64,000 nt of DNA from an uncultured Bacilli bacterium. Lineage in GTDB: Bacteria > Bacillota_I > Bacilli_A > RF39 > UBA660. The stretch covers positions 48,451-112,450 of the forward strand of contig CATNCE010000001.1 in NCBI GenBank assembly GCA_950097225.1, read 5' to 3'. Positions 26,426 to 37,009 of this stretch are shown piece after piece. The notes under the pieces were generated by a model. It was not told where the DNA came from. It saw only the letters and a list, made by a program, of their open reading frames with translations, and searched no databases. Every line of letters starts with the position of its first letter. Within the stretch, counting starts at the first letter, position 1. Both the position numbers and the translations under genes were made by a program.

Positions 26426-28525
26426 ATGGAATTAGTTAGTTTAAAAAATTGGCCTAATAAGGATGATATTGTTGGTTATTTACAATATGTTGATGAATAC
26501 GTTTCTGAATTAGAAAGAAATTTGGAACAGGCAGATGAGTCAAAAAATAATGATGAGGAAAAGGCACGCTTGAGCAAGGAGTTAAACTTTGCTAAAAAAT
26601 ATCAAATTGTTTTAAGAAATTCATTTGAAGATGTGGCACTTAAGAATGCCAATGTTGTTGATAACTATGATGCGGTTATCGAATATGTTAGATGTGTTAA
26701 GCAGATGTTTGTCTCAAAGTATCAGCAAGTTTTACATGAGTGTGATGCTCTTGAAACAAAAATTGCGAATGCTAATAAAATGTATTCGTTAGAACTAGAT
26801 GAAGATGAATGGAGTAGAGTATCTTATAGTTCAAATGCTGAGGCATTTTTTGATGAATTTATGGATGCTGATAGTTTTATTAAAAAGCTTATTAACGATA
26901 AAGAAACATTTGCAGATGATGATCTTGTAGAAATTTTTAAGAGTGCATCTTTAAAAGCGGATAAAGCTTGGGAATTAGCGAAGCTGATAATTGATATTCG
27001 TCAAATTAATGAAGGTTTAGAGTTTGTAGAGTTTGGATTGGCGACTACTAAGAGTATTTTAGAAAAAATTAATAATGTTTTAGTTCCAACAGATGTAAAA
27101 GAAAAGTTTTGTATGGAACTTCAAAGGAAATCGCGTTCTAACTCGGAATTCTTTAAATCCCTTAGCGACACAACGCGTGCTAAGCTTCAAAGCGAAGATA
27201 TGAATGGGGAAACTTTTAGACAGTTGAAGGAAGGTTACCAAATATATTTAGATGGTGGGGATTTTCTTCCTAAAATGGCAAATAAAACAGCTAATGAGAT
27301 AATGAAACTTGAGAGTGAACTTAATTTAAAGAAGAAGGAACTCTTTAATTTAGCTCATAAAGTGGAAAGTTTTGAGCATGTATTTGATTCTCCACAAGAA
27401 TTAGAAGATTTCTTTAAAAATGAAATTAGAGAAAGAAAAAAGAAGGTGCCGTTATCTTATACAAATTTGAATACTTTAACTTCGAATATGTCAAAGAGTG
27501 TTAGATTAAATGCTCAATATTATGAATCTTTAGTTACTAGACTTAAGGAAAAGGTAGCTACTCTTGAAAAAATGTTGAATTCTTTTTATGATGATGATTA
27601 TGAAACTTTGGATGCACAAAGGAAAATAAGGGGCCATGAGGATGAAATTTTGTTGAGTAGAAGAATTGATGATGCCTTAATTATGGAACTTAGAAGAAAA
27701 GAACAATGCATGATTTTGGGAGATGCAATAATACGATTAACTACTTGTCAAAGAAAGATTGAAGATTTTCTAAGCCGTGCTAATTTCTTTTATTCATATG
27801 ATCGAAAGGTTCTTAAATATCGAAGAAAATATGAAGAATTAATAAATTCTACTTATGAAAAATTGAAAACAGAGATGTTATTAGAATCTGGTTCGAATGG
27901 TTTATTTAAAGCAGAAGTTAATTCTTTTGAAGAGATCTTTAATCCTAAAAATAAACAAGGTTTAGATATGGATAATTGGTTGTATGCTCTTTATCTAGAA
28001 AGTTGTAGAATAGGGACATTTGATTGGGGTAATTTGAAATTTGAGACATTTGATTTTTGCTTAGGTCAATATAACGATCTTTTAGATAAGTTGTTTACTA
28101 TTTCTAAAGATGGAGAATTTTATTCTTTTGGAATAACGCGAGACGATTTGAAAATCTTGGATAGTCTACAAACTCTTTTTATCAATGCAATGCAAAAACT
28201 TAAGGAGAATAAAAGTAAGGAATACATGCGATTAATTAAAATTGTTAGTAGACCAGTTTCGGATGATTTAATTAAGCTTGCCTGTGAGGCGGGTATTGAT
28301 TTTAGCGGTTTAACAAGGGAAAATGTTGAGGATAAGTTAGAAGATACGTTTAAACAGGTGCAAATCAGTGAGCAAAGAAGAGATGAGGCTTTAGATGGAA
28401 GCAAGGCTATCGTAAGGGGAGTATCATACGAGGATGCGTTAGCATATTGTGATATGTTGCAAGGAATAGAAGAGGCTGATGTTTCTTTGAATGGTGTTTT
28501 AAAATATGCAAAAAGGGAAGTGTAG
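26426..28525 (+). CDS. Hypothetical 699-aa helical/coiled-coil protein (paralogue 1)
   Basis: Long clean ORF with no TM segment. It is collinear with the next ORF from the N-terminus (MELVSLKNW / MEILNLKDF) to the C-terminus (SYEDALAYCDMLQGIEEA / SLEDVLAYQSMLEGIYEI). Confidence 0.7.
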   Translation: MELVSLKNWPNKDDIVGYLQYVDEYVSELERNLEQADESKNNDEEKARLSKELNFAKKYQIVLRNSFEDVALKNANVVDNYDAVIEYVRCVKQMFVSKYQQVLHECDALETKIANANKMYSLELDEDEWSRVSYSSNAEAFFDEFMDADSFIKKLINDKETFADDDLVEIFKSASLKADKAWELAKLIIDIRQINEGLEFVEFGLATTKSILEKINNVLVPTDVKEKFCMELQRKSRSNSEFFKSLSDTTRAKLQSEDMNGETFRQLKEGYQIYLDGGDFLPKMANKTANEIMKLESELNLKKKELFNLAHKVESFEHVFDSPQELEDFFKNEIRERKKKVPLSYTNLNTLTSNMSKSVRLNAQYYESLVTRLKEKVATLEKMLNSFYDDDYETLDAQRKIRGHEDEILLSRRIDDALIMELRRKEQCMILGDAIIRLTTCQRKIEDFLSRANFFYSYDRKVLKYRRKYEELINSTYEKLKTEMLLESGSNGLFKAEVNSFEEIFNPKNKQGLDMDNWLYALYLESCRIGTFDWGNLKFETFDFCLGQYNDLLDKLFTISKDGEFYSFGITRDDLKILDSLQTLFINAMQKLKENKSKEYMRLIKIVSRPVSDDLIKLACEAGIDFSGLTRENVEDKLEDTFKQVQISEQRRDEALDGSKAIVRGVSYEDALAYCDMLQGIEEADVSLNGVLKYAKREV

Positions 28526-28594
28526 AGCTATGACTTCTTATATTGATTTTGTTACAATAGGCTTGAAATTTTTATATGGGGGAGAAAATATTAA

Positions 28595-30622
28595 ATGGAA
28601 ATATTAAATTTAAAGGATTTTAAAGAGAAAAATCCTGGTTGTGTCCTTGAGGATTATTTAGAGTATTTGGAGGAGCTAGCATCACAGATATCTCATACTC
28701 TTAGCGTTGCTGAAAGTTCGGGATTTCCAGAAGAATTTCTTAACGATATTACTAAAAAATATAATTTTGTAAATAATTTTAAAGTACTTGTCAAAAATAG
28801 TTTAGATGATAGACTTATTGACGCTTTTAGTAAAAAAGATTTAGAGACATATATTGATAAAGATAAAGAGAGTATTTTAGATAAAATACGTGCTATAGAT
28901 GGCAAAGTCGAAAAGTTAGAAAATGATTATAATGATGAAAGAGAATGTCATGAAATAAAGAAAAGAAATAATGCTTGCGATAGGACTATATATGAAAAAG
29001 GTGGAGCTGGGCTATTTTTTGAGCTAAAAAATTATGAGGCAGAAGATATTGTTCGTGATTTAATAATTAGTGATGAATATACTAAAGATAAATTGGCTAA
29101 ATTGTTTAAAGAAGTTATTGATGGTGAGGTAATATGTTCAAGACTTGTAGATTTAATTTGGAGTTATCGTTTAATTGTTGGGATGTCTGCTAATAAATCA
29201 GAGGCCTTAAAAACAGCTGTTAATCTCTTCTTTGATCATAATGGTGTTGGTGCTGTTTTGGGTAGTGATGTACAAAAATTTATAGAAGAGTTACGTGTTC
29301 AAATTTGTAAAAATACTGATTTTTTTATTCGTTTAGATGATTCGCTTAAGAGTGCTCTTTTAGACGAAGATCTTAAAGGAACTTTTTTTCAACACATGGA
29401 AGAAGAGTATGGGCAATATTTAAAAGGAGAAGAGTTATTTCCTGAACAAAGTGAGAGAATGAAAAGGATAGAGGAAGAGTTAATAGCTTGCGAGGAAGAA
29501 AGATCTGTCTTGTCTCAACAATTAGTGGAGTTAAGTTACAAGGAAGCTGATTTTGATGATGCTCGCGATTATATAAAGAATCGTATCCGTGCTTTGTCGT
29601 CTGATAGGACATTAACATATGGTAAACTATTAACAGCTTGTGGGGAACCTGTTTTATCAAGGTTGAAGGAGTTACGCAGTGAATTAGAGGAATTAAAAGC
29701 TAATAAGGATGGTTTAGAGAAAGTTCTACAAGAAGATAAATATAATTCTGTTTTTGAGTATTTAGAAAAAGATGCTATGTTAATTCCAACACAGAATGAA
29801 ACTTCAATTTACGATAAGTGTTTAAACTATGAAAATAATCTAGCATCTCAAATAGATATTGTTTGCAGTTATGTTTTTAGGTGTGAAGAAATATCTGAAG
29901 CTATTAAGACTATTAGATCTAAAAAAAATTTATTTGGTAAATTAAAGAAAAAAGATGTTTTTGAAGTAAACGATTTAGAGGTAGAACTTGGGGAACTTTA
30001 TGCTAAAATTGACTCTTACTTTTGCGAAATGCGTTGTCAAGTTAGGGCATCATTCATTCTTGAAAGAGAAGGATTATTATCTAACGTTCTTTCTTCGATG
30101 AATGCAAGTAATGAATCTTTTGTGTCTTGTGCAAATGGTGATGAAAGCAAAGATAATTTGTTTTTGCAACAAGAAAAATTCTTGAATGTGCTTTTTAGTC
30201 AGAGCGCTTGTGATATGAACTTTTTTAGTGCACATGCTTCGTTAGAAAAGTTAAAAGAGGTTCAGGGAAAAATCGTTTCTCATCTTCAAAGAATAGCCAC
30301 ATTAAAAAATGATGAACTTACTGATTTGAAAAATTACGTTTATCATTACCAAGATCCTAAATATTGGGAGTTAGCTGAAAAAGCTATAAAACTTGGAATT
30401 GTGGGAGTAAGTCTTTCCAAGGGGAGTTTTGTTTCTGGATATAATAATTGTAGCTCTAGAATCGCTGAAGTCCAGAATGAGATTGAAAGTTTGTTGCAAA
30501 ATGATGAACTAGTTAAGGGGATATCTTTAGAGGATGTGTTAGCATATCAAAGTATGCTTGAAGGAATTTATGAAATTGGAATAAATTCTGCTAGTGTAGA
30601 GGAGTTTAAACGTAATTTATAA
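28595..30622 (+). CDS. Hypothetical 675-aa helical/coiled-coil protein (paralogue 2)
   Basis: Collinear similarity to 26426..28525, for example NSEFFKSLSDTTRAKLQSEDMNGETF versus NTDFFIRLDDSLKSALLDEDLKGTF. Confidence 0.7.
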   Translation: MEILNLKDFKEKNPGCVLEDYLEYLEELASQISHTLSVAESSGFPEEFLNDITKKYNFVNNFKVLVKNSLDDRLIDAFSKKDLETYIDKDKESILDKIRAIDGKVEKLENDYNDERECHEIKKRNNACDRTIYEKGGAGLFFELKNYEAEDIVRDLIISDEYTKDKLAKLFKEVIDGEVICSRLVDLIWSYRLIVGMSANKSEALKTAVNLFFDHNGVGAVLGSDVQKFIEELRVQICKNTDFFIRLDDSLKSALLDEDLKGTFFQHMEEEYGQYLKGEELFPEQSERMKRIEEELIACEEERSVLSQQLVELSYKEADFDDARDYIKNRIRALSSDRTLTYGKLLTACGEPVLSRLKELRSELEELKANKDGLEKVLQEDKYNSVFEYLEKDAMLIPTQNETSIYDKCLNYENNLASQIDIVCSYVFRCEEISEAIKTIRSKKNLFGKLKKKDVFEVNDLEVELGELYAKIDSYFCEMRCQVRASFILEREGLLSNVLSSMNASNESFVSCANGDESKDNLFLQQEKFLNVLFSQSACDMNFFSAHASLEKLKEVQGKIVSHLQRIATLKNDELTDLKNYVYHYQDPKYWELAEKAIKLGIVGVSLSKGSFVSGYNNCSSRIAEVQNEIESLLQNDELVKGISLEDVLAYQSMLEGIYEIGINSASVEEFKRNL

Positions 30623-30653
30623 TTAGACGATAAACTTGCTTATGCAAAATGTA

Positions 30654-30679
30654 AAGAAGGAATATTTCCTTCTTTTTTT
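30654..30679 (+). terminator. Intrinsic terminator
   Basis: AAGAAGGA / TCCTTCTT stem followed by a T run. Confidence 0.8.
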
Positions 30680-30753
30680 ATTGAATAAAGTGGGTATAAG
30701 TAGTATATTATATGTAGACAGTGGAGATAAGTGGAAGAAAGTGGGGAATAAAA

Positions 30754-31197
30754 ATGCTAATGGGCGAGTTCCATCATAACATTGATGAGAAAAACAGATT
30801 AGTTATTCCAAGCAAATTCCGAACAGAACTGGGAGAATCATTTGTTGTTACTCGTGGTTTAGATGGGTGTTTGTTTGCTTATTCTCTTGTTGAATGGGGT
30901 AAAATAACAGAAAAGTTAAAATTGCTACCATTTACGCAAGCTAATGCTCGTAAGTTTACGAGATTTCTCTTATCTGGCGCTATCGAAGCCGAACTCGATA
31001 AATCGGGTCGAGTTGGCATTACCTCCTCATTGATCGAATTCGCCGGTATAACTAAAGAATGTGTTATTATCGGCGCGAACGATCGCATTGAAATTTGGTC
31101 AAAAGAAGGTTGGGATAAATTCATGGATGAAAATGATGATGAATTTGCTCAAATAGCTGAAAATTTATTTGCAACAGGTGATTATAATGCATTATAG
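30754..31197 (+). CDS. mraZ: Transcriptional regulator MraZ
   Basis: MLMGEFHHNIDEKNRLVIPSKFR plus a second SpoVT/AbrB-like half (DKSGRVGI). Confidence 0.95.
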   Translation: MLMGEFHHNIDEKNRLVIPSKFRTELGESFVVTRGLDGCLFAYSLVEWGKITEKLKLLPFTQANARKFTRFLLSGAIEAELDKSGRVGITSSLIEFAGITKECVIIGANDRIEIWSKEGWDKFMDENDDEFAQIAENLFATGDYNAL

Positions 31198-32098
31198 TGT
31201 TTTGTTAAAAAAAGCAGTTTCTGGACTTAATATAAAAAAAGATGGCATATATGTAGATTGTACGCTTGGTTATGGAGGACATTCTGAGGCAATCTTGAAA
31301 TCTTTGGATAGCGGCTTATTAATTGGCTTTGATCAGGACATGGATGCTTTGACATATGCTTCTAAGCGTTTATCTCTTGTTGGCAATAATTTTAAATTAG
31401 TGCATTCTAATTTTGTGGAATTAAAACAAAAATTAAATGAACTTGGTATTACAAGCGTTGATGGAATTCTTTTTGATTTGGGATTCTCATCACCACAGAT
31501 AGATGATGCCGAACGTGGTTTTTCTTTCATGAAGGATGCTAAGTTAGATATGCGAATGGACAAAAGTGCTTCGCTTAGTGCGTATGATGTTGTCAATAAC
31601 TATTCAGAGAGTGATTTAGTACAAATATTTTATAAGTATGCGGAAGAAAAGTACTCTAAAAGTATTGCTCGTAATATCGTGAATGCAAGACCAATTAATA
31701 CAACATTGGAACTTGTCGATGTTATAAAAAGAAGTACGCCAGTTAAATATGCTTTAACTCGTCATCCAGAAAGGGTAATATTTCAAGCAATTAGGATTGA
31801 AGTTAATCAGGAACTAAGTGTTTTGGAAAGTGTTTTGCCCGATGCAATAGATTTATTAAATGAAAAGGGCAGAATGTGTGTGATTACATTCCATTCACTT
31901 GAGGATAGGATAGTTAAACATATATTTAAGAGTGAAAGTGAAGTCGCGGAGATTGTCAAAGGACTCCCGGTAATTCCTAAAGAATATGAACCAAAAATAA
32001 AATTAATAAATAAGAAACCAATTCTTCCTAGTGAAGAAGAAATAAATGAAAATAGTCGTAGTAAAAGTGCAAAATTGAGAATAATTGAAAGGGTATGA
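31187..32098 (+). CDS. rsmH: 16S rRNA (cytosine1402-N4)-methyltransferase RsmH
   Basis: YVDCTLGYGGHS, FDLGFSSPQIDD, ITFHSLEDRIVK. RBS AGGTGA. The gene ends in TGA. Confidence 0.95.
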   Translation: MHYSVLLKKAVSGLNIKKDGIYVDCTLGYGGHSEAILKSLDSGLLIGFDQDMDALTYASKRLSLVGNNFKLVHSNFVELKQKLNELGITSVDGILFDLGFSSPQIDDAERGFSFMKDAKLDMRMDKSASLSAYDVVNNYSESDLVQIFYKYAEEKYSKSIARNIVNARPINTTLELVDVIKRSTPVKYALTRHPERVIFQAIRIEVNQELSVLESVLPDAIDLLNEKGRMCVITFHSLEDRIVKHIFKSESEVAEIVKGLPVIPKEYEPKIKLINKKPILPSEEEINENSRSKSAKLRIIERV

Positions 32099-32394
32099 TT
32101 AATGTGAGAAAGACTACTAGTCCGTTGAAATGGAGAAAGGGAGAAAAAATGATTTTGTTTTTTATCGCGCTTTTTGCTGTTTTAACACCAATTGCTATCG
32201 TCTACACATATGCTAGTTTAAGTAGTTCAAATATTGAAGTTGAAAAGATAAAAAAACAAATTGAGAAACAGGAAAATATCAATGCAGGACTTTCAATGCA
32301 AGTTGATGAGCTAGCATCGCTTTCTAATATTCAAGATATTGCAAAAGCTTACGGATTAAGTTATAATAATGATAATATTATAATAATAAAGTAA
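32095..32394 (+). CDS. ftsL: FtsL-like cell division protein
   Basis: Small bitopic protein (TM, then coiled coil) at the canonical position between rsmH and the PBP gene. The call rests on position. Confidence 0.6.
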   Translation: MINVRKTTSPLKWRKGEKMILFFIALFAVLTPIAIVYTYASLSSSNIEVEKIKKQIEKQENINAGLSMQVDELASLSNIQDIAKAYGLSYNNDNIIIIK

Positions 32395-32406
32395 GAGGGT
32401 TAGAAT

Positions 32407-34596
32407 ATGAAATATACAAACAATACAATAAGAATAAACGTTTTATTTATTATTAGTATTGTTTTTTTATTTTCCATCTTTTTTGGAAAGTTAGCTTATG
32501 TTGCTATGAATACTCATGTTGAAGGAACTGATTTAGCTCTTCTTGCTAAAAATAGAAGTATAGCTACTAAGACTATTAGAGCTGAGCGTGGACGGATATA
32601 TGATAATGCGGGGGAATTGTTAGCTCAAAATGTAAATAGTTATAAGTTAATTGCTTATTTAAATGAGGGAAGAACAACTGATGAGCGTTATCCAAGACAT
32701 GTGGTTGATAAAGAGGAAACAGCTCGTTTGTTGACAGAAGTGTTAAATAAGAATAATATAGGTGTTACAGAAAAGTATATGTTGGATTTATTAAATCAGC
32801 AGGGGCTATATCAGACTGAATTTGGGGTATATGGGCGTGGACTTACTGAGAATATTAAAAGACAAATTGAAGCTTTGGACTTGCCAGGCCTAGACTTTAT
32901 TAAGACAAGTAAACGCTATTATCAAAATGGAGATTTTGCATCTTATATAATTGGTTATGCTAAGACTTATGAAAAAGAGGATGGGACTAAAACGGTTGGG
33001 GAGCTTGGAATAGAGGGGTATTGTGATCAATACTTAAGAGGAAAAGATGGTAGTATTACTTATCAAAAAGATGCCTATGGTTATCAGCTGCCGGGTAAAG
33101 ATAAGATAACTTATACTGAGGAAGCTTTAGATGGGTATGATGTCTATCTGACATTGGATAAGCAAATTCAATATTTTTTGGATAATGCAGTTTCGGATTT
33201 GAAAAAGTTTGAGCCAGAATGGGTTACTTTAACTATCGCTGATGCTAAAACAGGAGCTATTATAGGGTCTTCTACTACACCATCTTTTAATCCAAATACT
33301 TTAGATATAACTAACTATAATAATCCATTATTAAGTTTTACTTATGAGCCGGGTTCGACAATGAAGATATTTTCTTATATGTCGGCTATTGAGGATCCTG
33401 ATGGAAAATATAATGGGGATGAGTTATATCAGTCAGGAACTATTCAAGTAGCTAACTATACGATCAAGGATTGGAATCGCTATGGTTGGGGGAATATTTC
33501 TTATGATGTTGGTTTTACTTATTCATCTAATGTTGCAGCAGTAATGTTAGCTGAACGTTTAGGACGAAATAAATTAACTGATTATTATACTAAACTTGGT
33601 TTTGGCAAGAAAACAGGAATTGAGTTATCTAATGAGTTATCAGGAGATATTGATTTTGAATATTTATCAGAGTTAGCGGCAGCTTCCTATGGACAGGGAA
33701 TAACTGTTACGCCTATTCAAATGATTCAGGCACTAACGACTTTAACAAATGATGGGACAGTTTTAAAACCTTATATAATTAGTAAAATAGTTGATCCAAA
33801 TACTGGAGATGTCGTTTATTCGCGTGATCGCAAGGAACTAGAGAAGGTTTATTCTACTTCAACAGTTAAGAAGATGATTGAGTTAATGGATAAAACAGTT
33901 AATGGTGATGATTCGGCAGCAACTGGTAAAGTGTATTCGACGGATGCGGTTCGTCTTATCGGTAAAACAGGAACAGCTAACTATGTTGGAGCTGATGGCA
34001 AATATGTTACGGGGAGTTATGCAAATATTCGTTCTTTTGCAGGAGTTTTTCCAAAGGAAAATCCAGAATATATAATTTATATGGCAGTTAAGGATTTTAA
34101 GGGAGCATCAAAAGATTTAGGATCGGTAGTTAAGAATTTGGTCGAAAGTGTGGCTAAATATCGTAATTTAGATGAACGCCCAAGCGATAAGGACGAGACA
34201 AAAATCGTAAAAGTTGGTAATTATTTAAATACATCGCTTATATCTAGTCAAACAAAATTGAATAATTTAGGAGTTGCACCAATTATCATTGGGGATGGGT
34301 CAGTTGTAATTGATCAGTATCCAAAGAAGAATACGAAAATAAGTCAAAAATCTAAAGTATTTTTGGTTACCAATGGTAAAAATGTTGTTGCTCCTAACAT
34401 GGTAGGGTGGAGCAGCAGTGAGATTACTAGTTATGCTAAGTTATTAGGAATTCCTTATGAAATAAATGGATATGGCTATGTTGTATCGACAAATATCAAT
34501 GAGGGTGATATAATTGATGTATCAACATCAAAGATTGTTGCTACGCTTTCTAATTTAGAAGCGGGATCATTAGTTACAGAAGGAGAATTGACATGA
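32407..34596 (+). CDS. Class B penicillin-binding protein (PBP2B/SpoVD type) with two PASTA domains
   Basis: SxxK (GSTMK), SSN (YSSNVAA) and KTGT motifs, a dimerisation domain, and two C-terminal PASTA-like repeats. It lies in the dcw context. Confidence 0.9.
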   Translation: MKYTNNTIRINVLFIISIVFLFSIFFGKLAYVAMNTHVEGTDLALLAKNRSIATKTIRAERGRIYDNAGELLAQNVNSYKLIAYLNEGRTTDERYPRHVVDKEETARLLTEVLNKNNIGVTEKYMLDLLNQQGLYQTEFGVYGRGLTENIKRQIEALDLPGLDFIKTSKRYYQNGDFASYIIGYAKTYEKEDGTKTVGELGIEGYCDQYLRGKDGSITYQKDAYGYQLPGKDKITYTEEALDGYDVYLTLDKQIQYFLDNAVSDLKKFEPEWVTLTIADAKTGAIIGSSTTPSFNPNTLDITNYNNPLLSFTYEPGSTMKIFSYMSAIEDPDGKYNGDELYQSGTIQVANYTIKDWNRYGWGNISYDVGFTYSSNVAAVMLAERLGRNKLTDYYTKLGFGKKTGIELSNELSGDIDFEYLSELAAASYGQGITVTPIQMIQALTTLTNDGTVLKPYIISKIVDPNTGDVVYSRDRKELEKVYSTSTVKKMIELMDKTVNGDDSAATGKVYSTDAVRLIGKTGTANYVGADGKYVTGSYANIRSFAGVFPKENPEYIIYMAVKDFKGASKDLGSVVKNLVESVAKYRNLDERPSDKDETKIVKVGNYLNTSLISSQTKLNNLGVAPIIIGDGSVVIDQYPKKNTKISQKSKVFLVTNGKNVVAPNMVGWSSSEITSYAKLLGIPYEINGYGYVVSTNINEGDIIDVSTSKIVATLSNLEAGSLVTEGELT

Positions 34597-35156
34597 CGAA
34601 AAATATGGAAAATAATAATAGTATGATGATGCGTATTAAGGATTTTTTTAATAGACCTGCACCATTAATTATTGTTTTAATTGCGATAATATGTTTTTTG
34701 CTTTTATTTATTTCTAAGAATAGTGTAGGCAGTAGAATATATGTTGGAGAGATTAATAAAGATGATATTCAAGTTGGAAGTGTTCATTATTTTGTCAATG
34801 GGGATATGAATTACTTCTATGCGTCAAATGGTGTTTATAATGGTGAACATAAAGATACAAAAGTATATACATATCAATTGGGATATTATGTAGTTGATAG
34901 TAATAATGAATATCATGAATTTTTAACTCGTTCTAAAGAAGCTGATACGGCTGCATCTTTAGCAGATATTGTAAATGAGCTTAGTGGATGGAGTTTGGCA
35001 GAATCAATGAGTAATCGCAAGTTCTTTACAAATGATATTATGAAGAATTTAAATAATTTACACTTAGTTATAAAGGCTAGTACTAAAAAAGGCTCTAAAG
35101 AGGCAGATATTAGTCTTGACTATAGAGTTGAATTAAATAAAATTACTAAAAAATAA
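34593..35156 (+). CDS. Hypothetical membrane-anchored protein
   Basis: Start overlaps the PBP stop (ATGA). One TM helix. No recognised family. Confidence 0.5.
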   Translation: MTKNMENNNSMMMRIKDFFNRPAPLIIVLIAIICFLLLFISKNSVGSRIYVGEINKDDIQVGSVHYFVNGDMNYFYASNGVYNGEHKDTKVYTYQLGYYVVDSNNEYHEFLTRSKEADTAASLADIVNELSGWSLAESMSNRKFFTNDIMKNLNNLHLVIKASTKKGSKEADISLDYRVELNKITKK

Positions 35157-35328
35157 TTATCAGGCACTTTCTATACAGGAAGTGTTTTTTTATTTTATAA
35201 AGAAGCATTTTATGAAAAAATGGCAATAAAAAACCATTTCTTAAAAATGGAGTATTAAAATGATAAAAACGACTCTTTGAGAAGCCGTTTTTCTATTGTA
35301 CTCGAAAGTGTCGAGTTATTATTTTGTT

Positions 35329-35405
35329 TGGTGACCCGTACGGGATTTGAACCCATGAATGCATGCGTGAAAGGCATGTGTGTTCAACCACTTCACCAAC
35401 GGGCC
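35329..35405 (-). tRNA. tRNA-Glu (anticodon UUC), CCA encoded
   Basis: The reverse complement GGCCCGTTGGTGAAGTGGTTGAACACACATGCCTTTCACGCATGCATTCATGGGTTCAAATCCCGTACGGGTCACCA folds as a cloverleaf. The anticodon loop is CTTTCAC. Confidence 0.95.
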
Positions 35406-35500
35406 GTGATTAAATATTACTATATAAGGGTTTGTTTTGTCAACTAATAATTGCTTAAATATTGTCAAATTGTGGTATAATATGTGTAGAGGTAAAAAAT

Positions 35501-36955
35501 ATGATATATTCAGGAAATAAGTGTAAAGGAAAAAATGCGCGTAGTAGACGATATTCTGCTGTTTTTATTGTTGCTTTTTTTAGTGCTTTTTTAACATGTG
35601 GGCTTATATTTAGCACATATAGTCATGCTGATAAAACGAAACTTCATTTAGAACTTATTGGCGATAAGAATCATATTTTATCGGTTAATGAAATGTATGA
35701 AGATGAAGGAGTAAAGCTTACTATTAATAATAAAGAAGTGGATATTAAAGATGTTAGCTATACGGTCGATAATAAGGTGACTAGTGATATTTTAGGGGAA
35801 TATACAGTTGATTATCATGTTACTTATGAAGATAAAACTTATAATATTTCGCGAAAAGTGACAGTAGTTGATGATGTTAAGCCAGAATTAGTTGTTTTGA
35901 CTAGGGAAGTTACAAGATCTTCTTGTGGTAATAATTTGCGCTATTATGCGTTTGATAATTATGATGGCGTTATTACCGATAAAGTAGTTGTAAGTGAAGA
36001 AGATTCACAATATAAATTGGTTGTTACTGATTCTTCAGGAAATGAAAGCGTTGCTTATGTTCCTTTTGCTAATGAGGGGACCGATATAGTTTTAGAGTTA
36101 AAGGGAACCCTTATAGAATATGTTGCCAAGGGAGAAGCCTATGTTGATAAAGGGATCAAGGTTAGTAATATATGTGGTAGAGAGTTAAATATTAATTATA
36201 GTGTTGAGAGTACTATTGATACTAATGTTCCTGGAACTTATCGAGTTCGTTATAAAATGAGTGATAGTCCAGTAGAGCAAGAACGCATTGTCGTTGTATA
36301 TGATAAAGTTACAAGCAATAATATTCATGAGTCAGGGGAGAAAGTGGTTTATTTAACTTTTGATGATGGGCCAGGAGCTTATACGGAGGAACTATTAGAC
36401 ATTTTGGCTAAGTACGATGTTAAGGCGACATTTTTTGTAACAGCTCAGTTTAAAAAGTATTTGCCTCTTTTAAAACGCGAACATGATGATGGACATGTAG
36501 TAGCTTTACATACTAAAACGCATGATTGGAATATTTATCGAAGTTTTGAAAATTATTATAAGGACTTTTTGGAGATGAATAGTATTATTGAAGAGTATAC
36601 AGGCGCTAAAACGAAGATATTTAGATTTCCTGGTGGGGGATCGAATACGATAAGTCGTGGTAAGAGTTTAGGCGTTATGAAATATAATGTTTCACAAATG
36701 AATAAGCTTGGGTATACTTATTTTGATTGGAATGTCGATTCCGGTGATGCAGCAGGGGCTCAAGAGGATAAAATATTTCAGAATGTCATAAATGGAATAA
36801 GTAGTCGAAATTATTCAGTTGTCTTGATGCACGATATAAAAAGACCGACGATAAACACTATTGAGAAAATAATTCAGTATGGTTTAGATAATGGTTATAC
36901 TTTTGCAACATTAACTGCCGATGCGCCAACTGTACACCATCATGTAAATAACTAA
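35501..36955 (+). CDS. Membrane-anchored polysaccharide deacetylase (NodB domain) with Ig-like repeats
   Basis: VVYLTFDDGPGAYT and ALHTKTHDW are NodB motifs. Two DUF5011/Ig-like repeats (GEYTVDYHVTY / GTYRVRYKM) are present. An extended -10 TGGTATAAT lies at 35473-35481. Confidence 0.85.
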   Translation: MIYSGNKCKGKNARSRRYSAVFIVAFFSAFLTCGLIFSTYSHADKTKLHLELIGDKNHILSVNEMYEDEGVKLTINNKEVDIKDVSYTVDNKVTSDILGEYTVDYHVTYEDKTYNISRKVTVVDDVKPELVVLTREVTRSSCGNNLRYYAFDNYDGVITDKVVVSEEDSQYKLVVTDSSGNESVAYVPFANEGTDIVLELKGTLIEYVAKGEAYVDKGIKVSNICGRELNINYSVESTIDTNVPGTYRVRYKMSDSPVEQERIVVVYDKVTSNNIHESGEKVVYLTFDDGPGAYTEELLDILAKYDVKATFFVTAQFKKYLPLLKREHDDGHVVALHTKTHDWNIYRSFENYYKDFLEMNSIIEEYTGAKTKIFRFPGGGSNTISRGKSLGVMKYNVSQMNKLGYTYFDWNVDSGDAAGAQEDKIFQNVINGISSRNYSVVLMHDIKRPTINTIEKIIQYGLDNGYTFATLTADAPTVHHHVNN

Positions 36956-37009
36956 TTGCCAAATAAACGTAAATACTATATAATTAAGGTGTATGGAGGA
37001 TGTAGTAAA

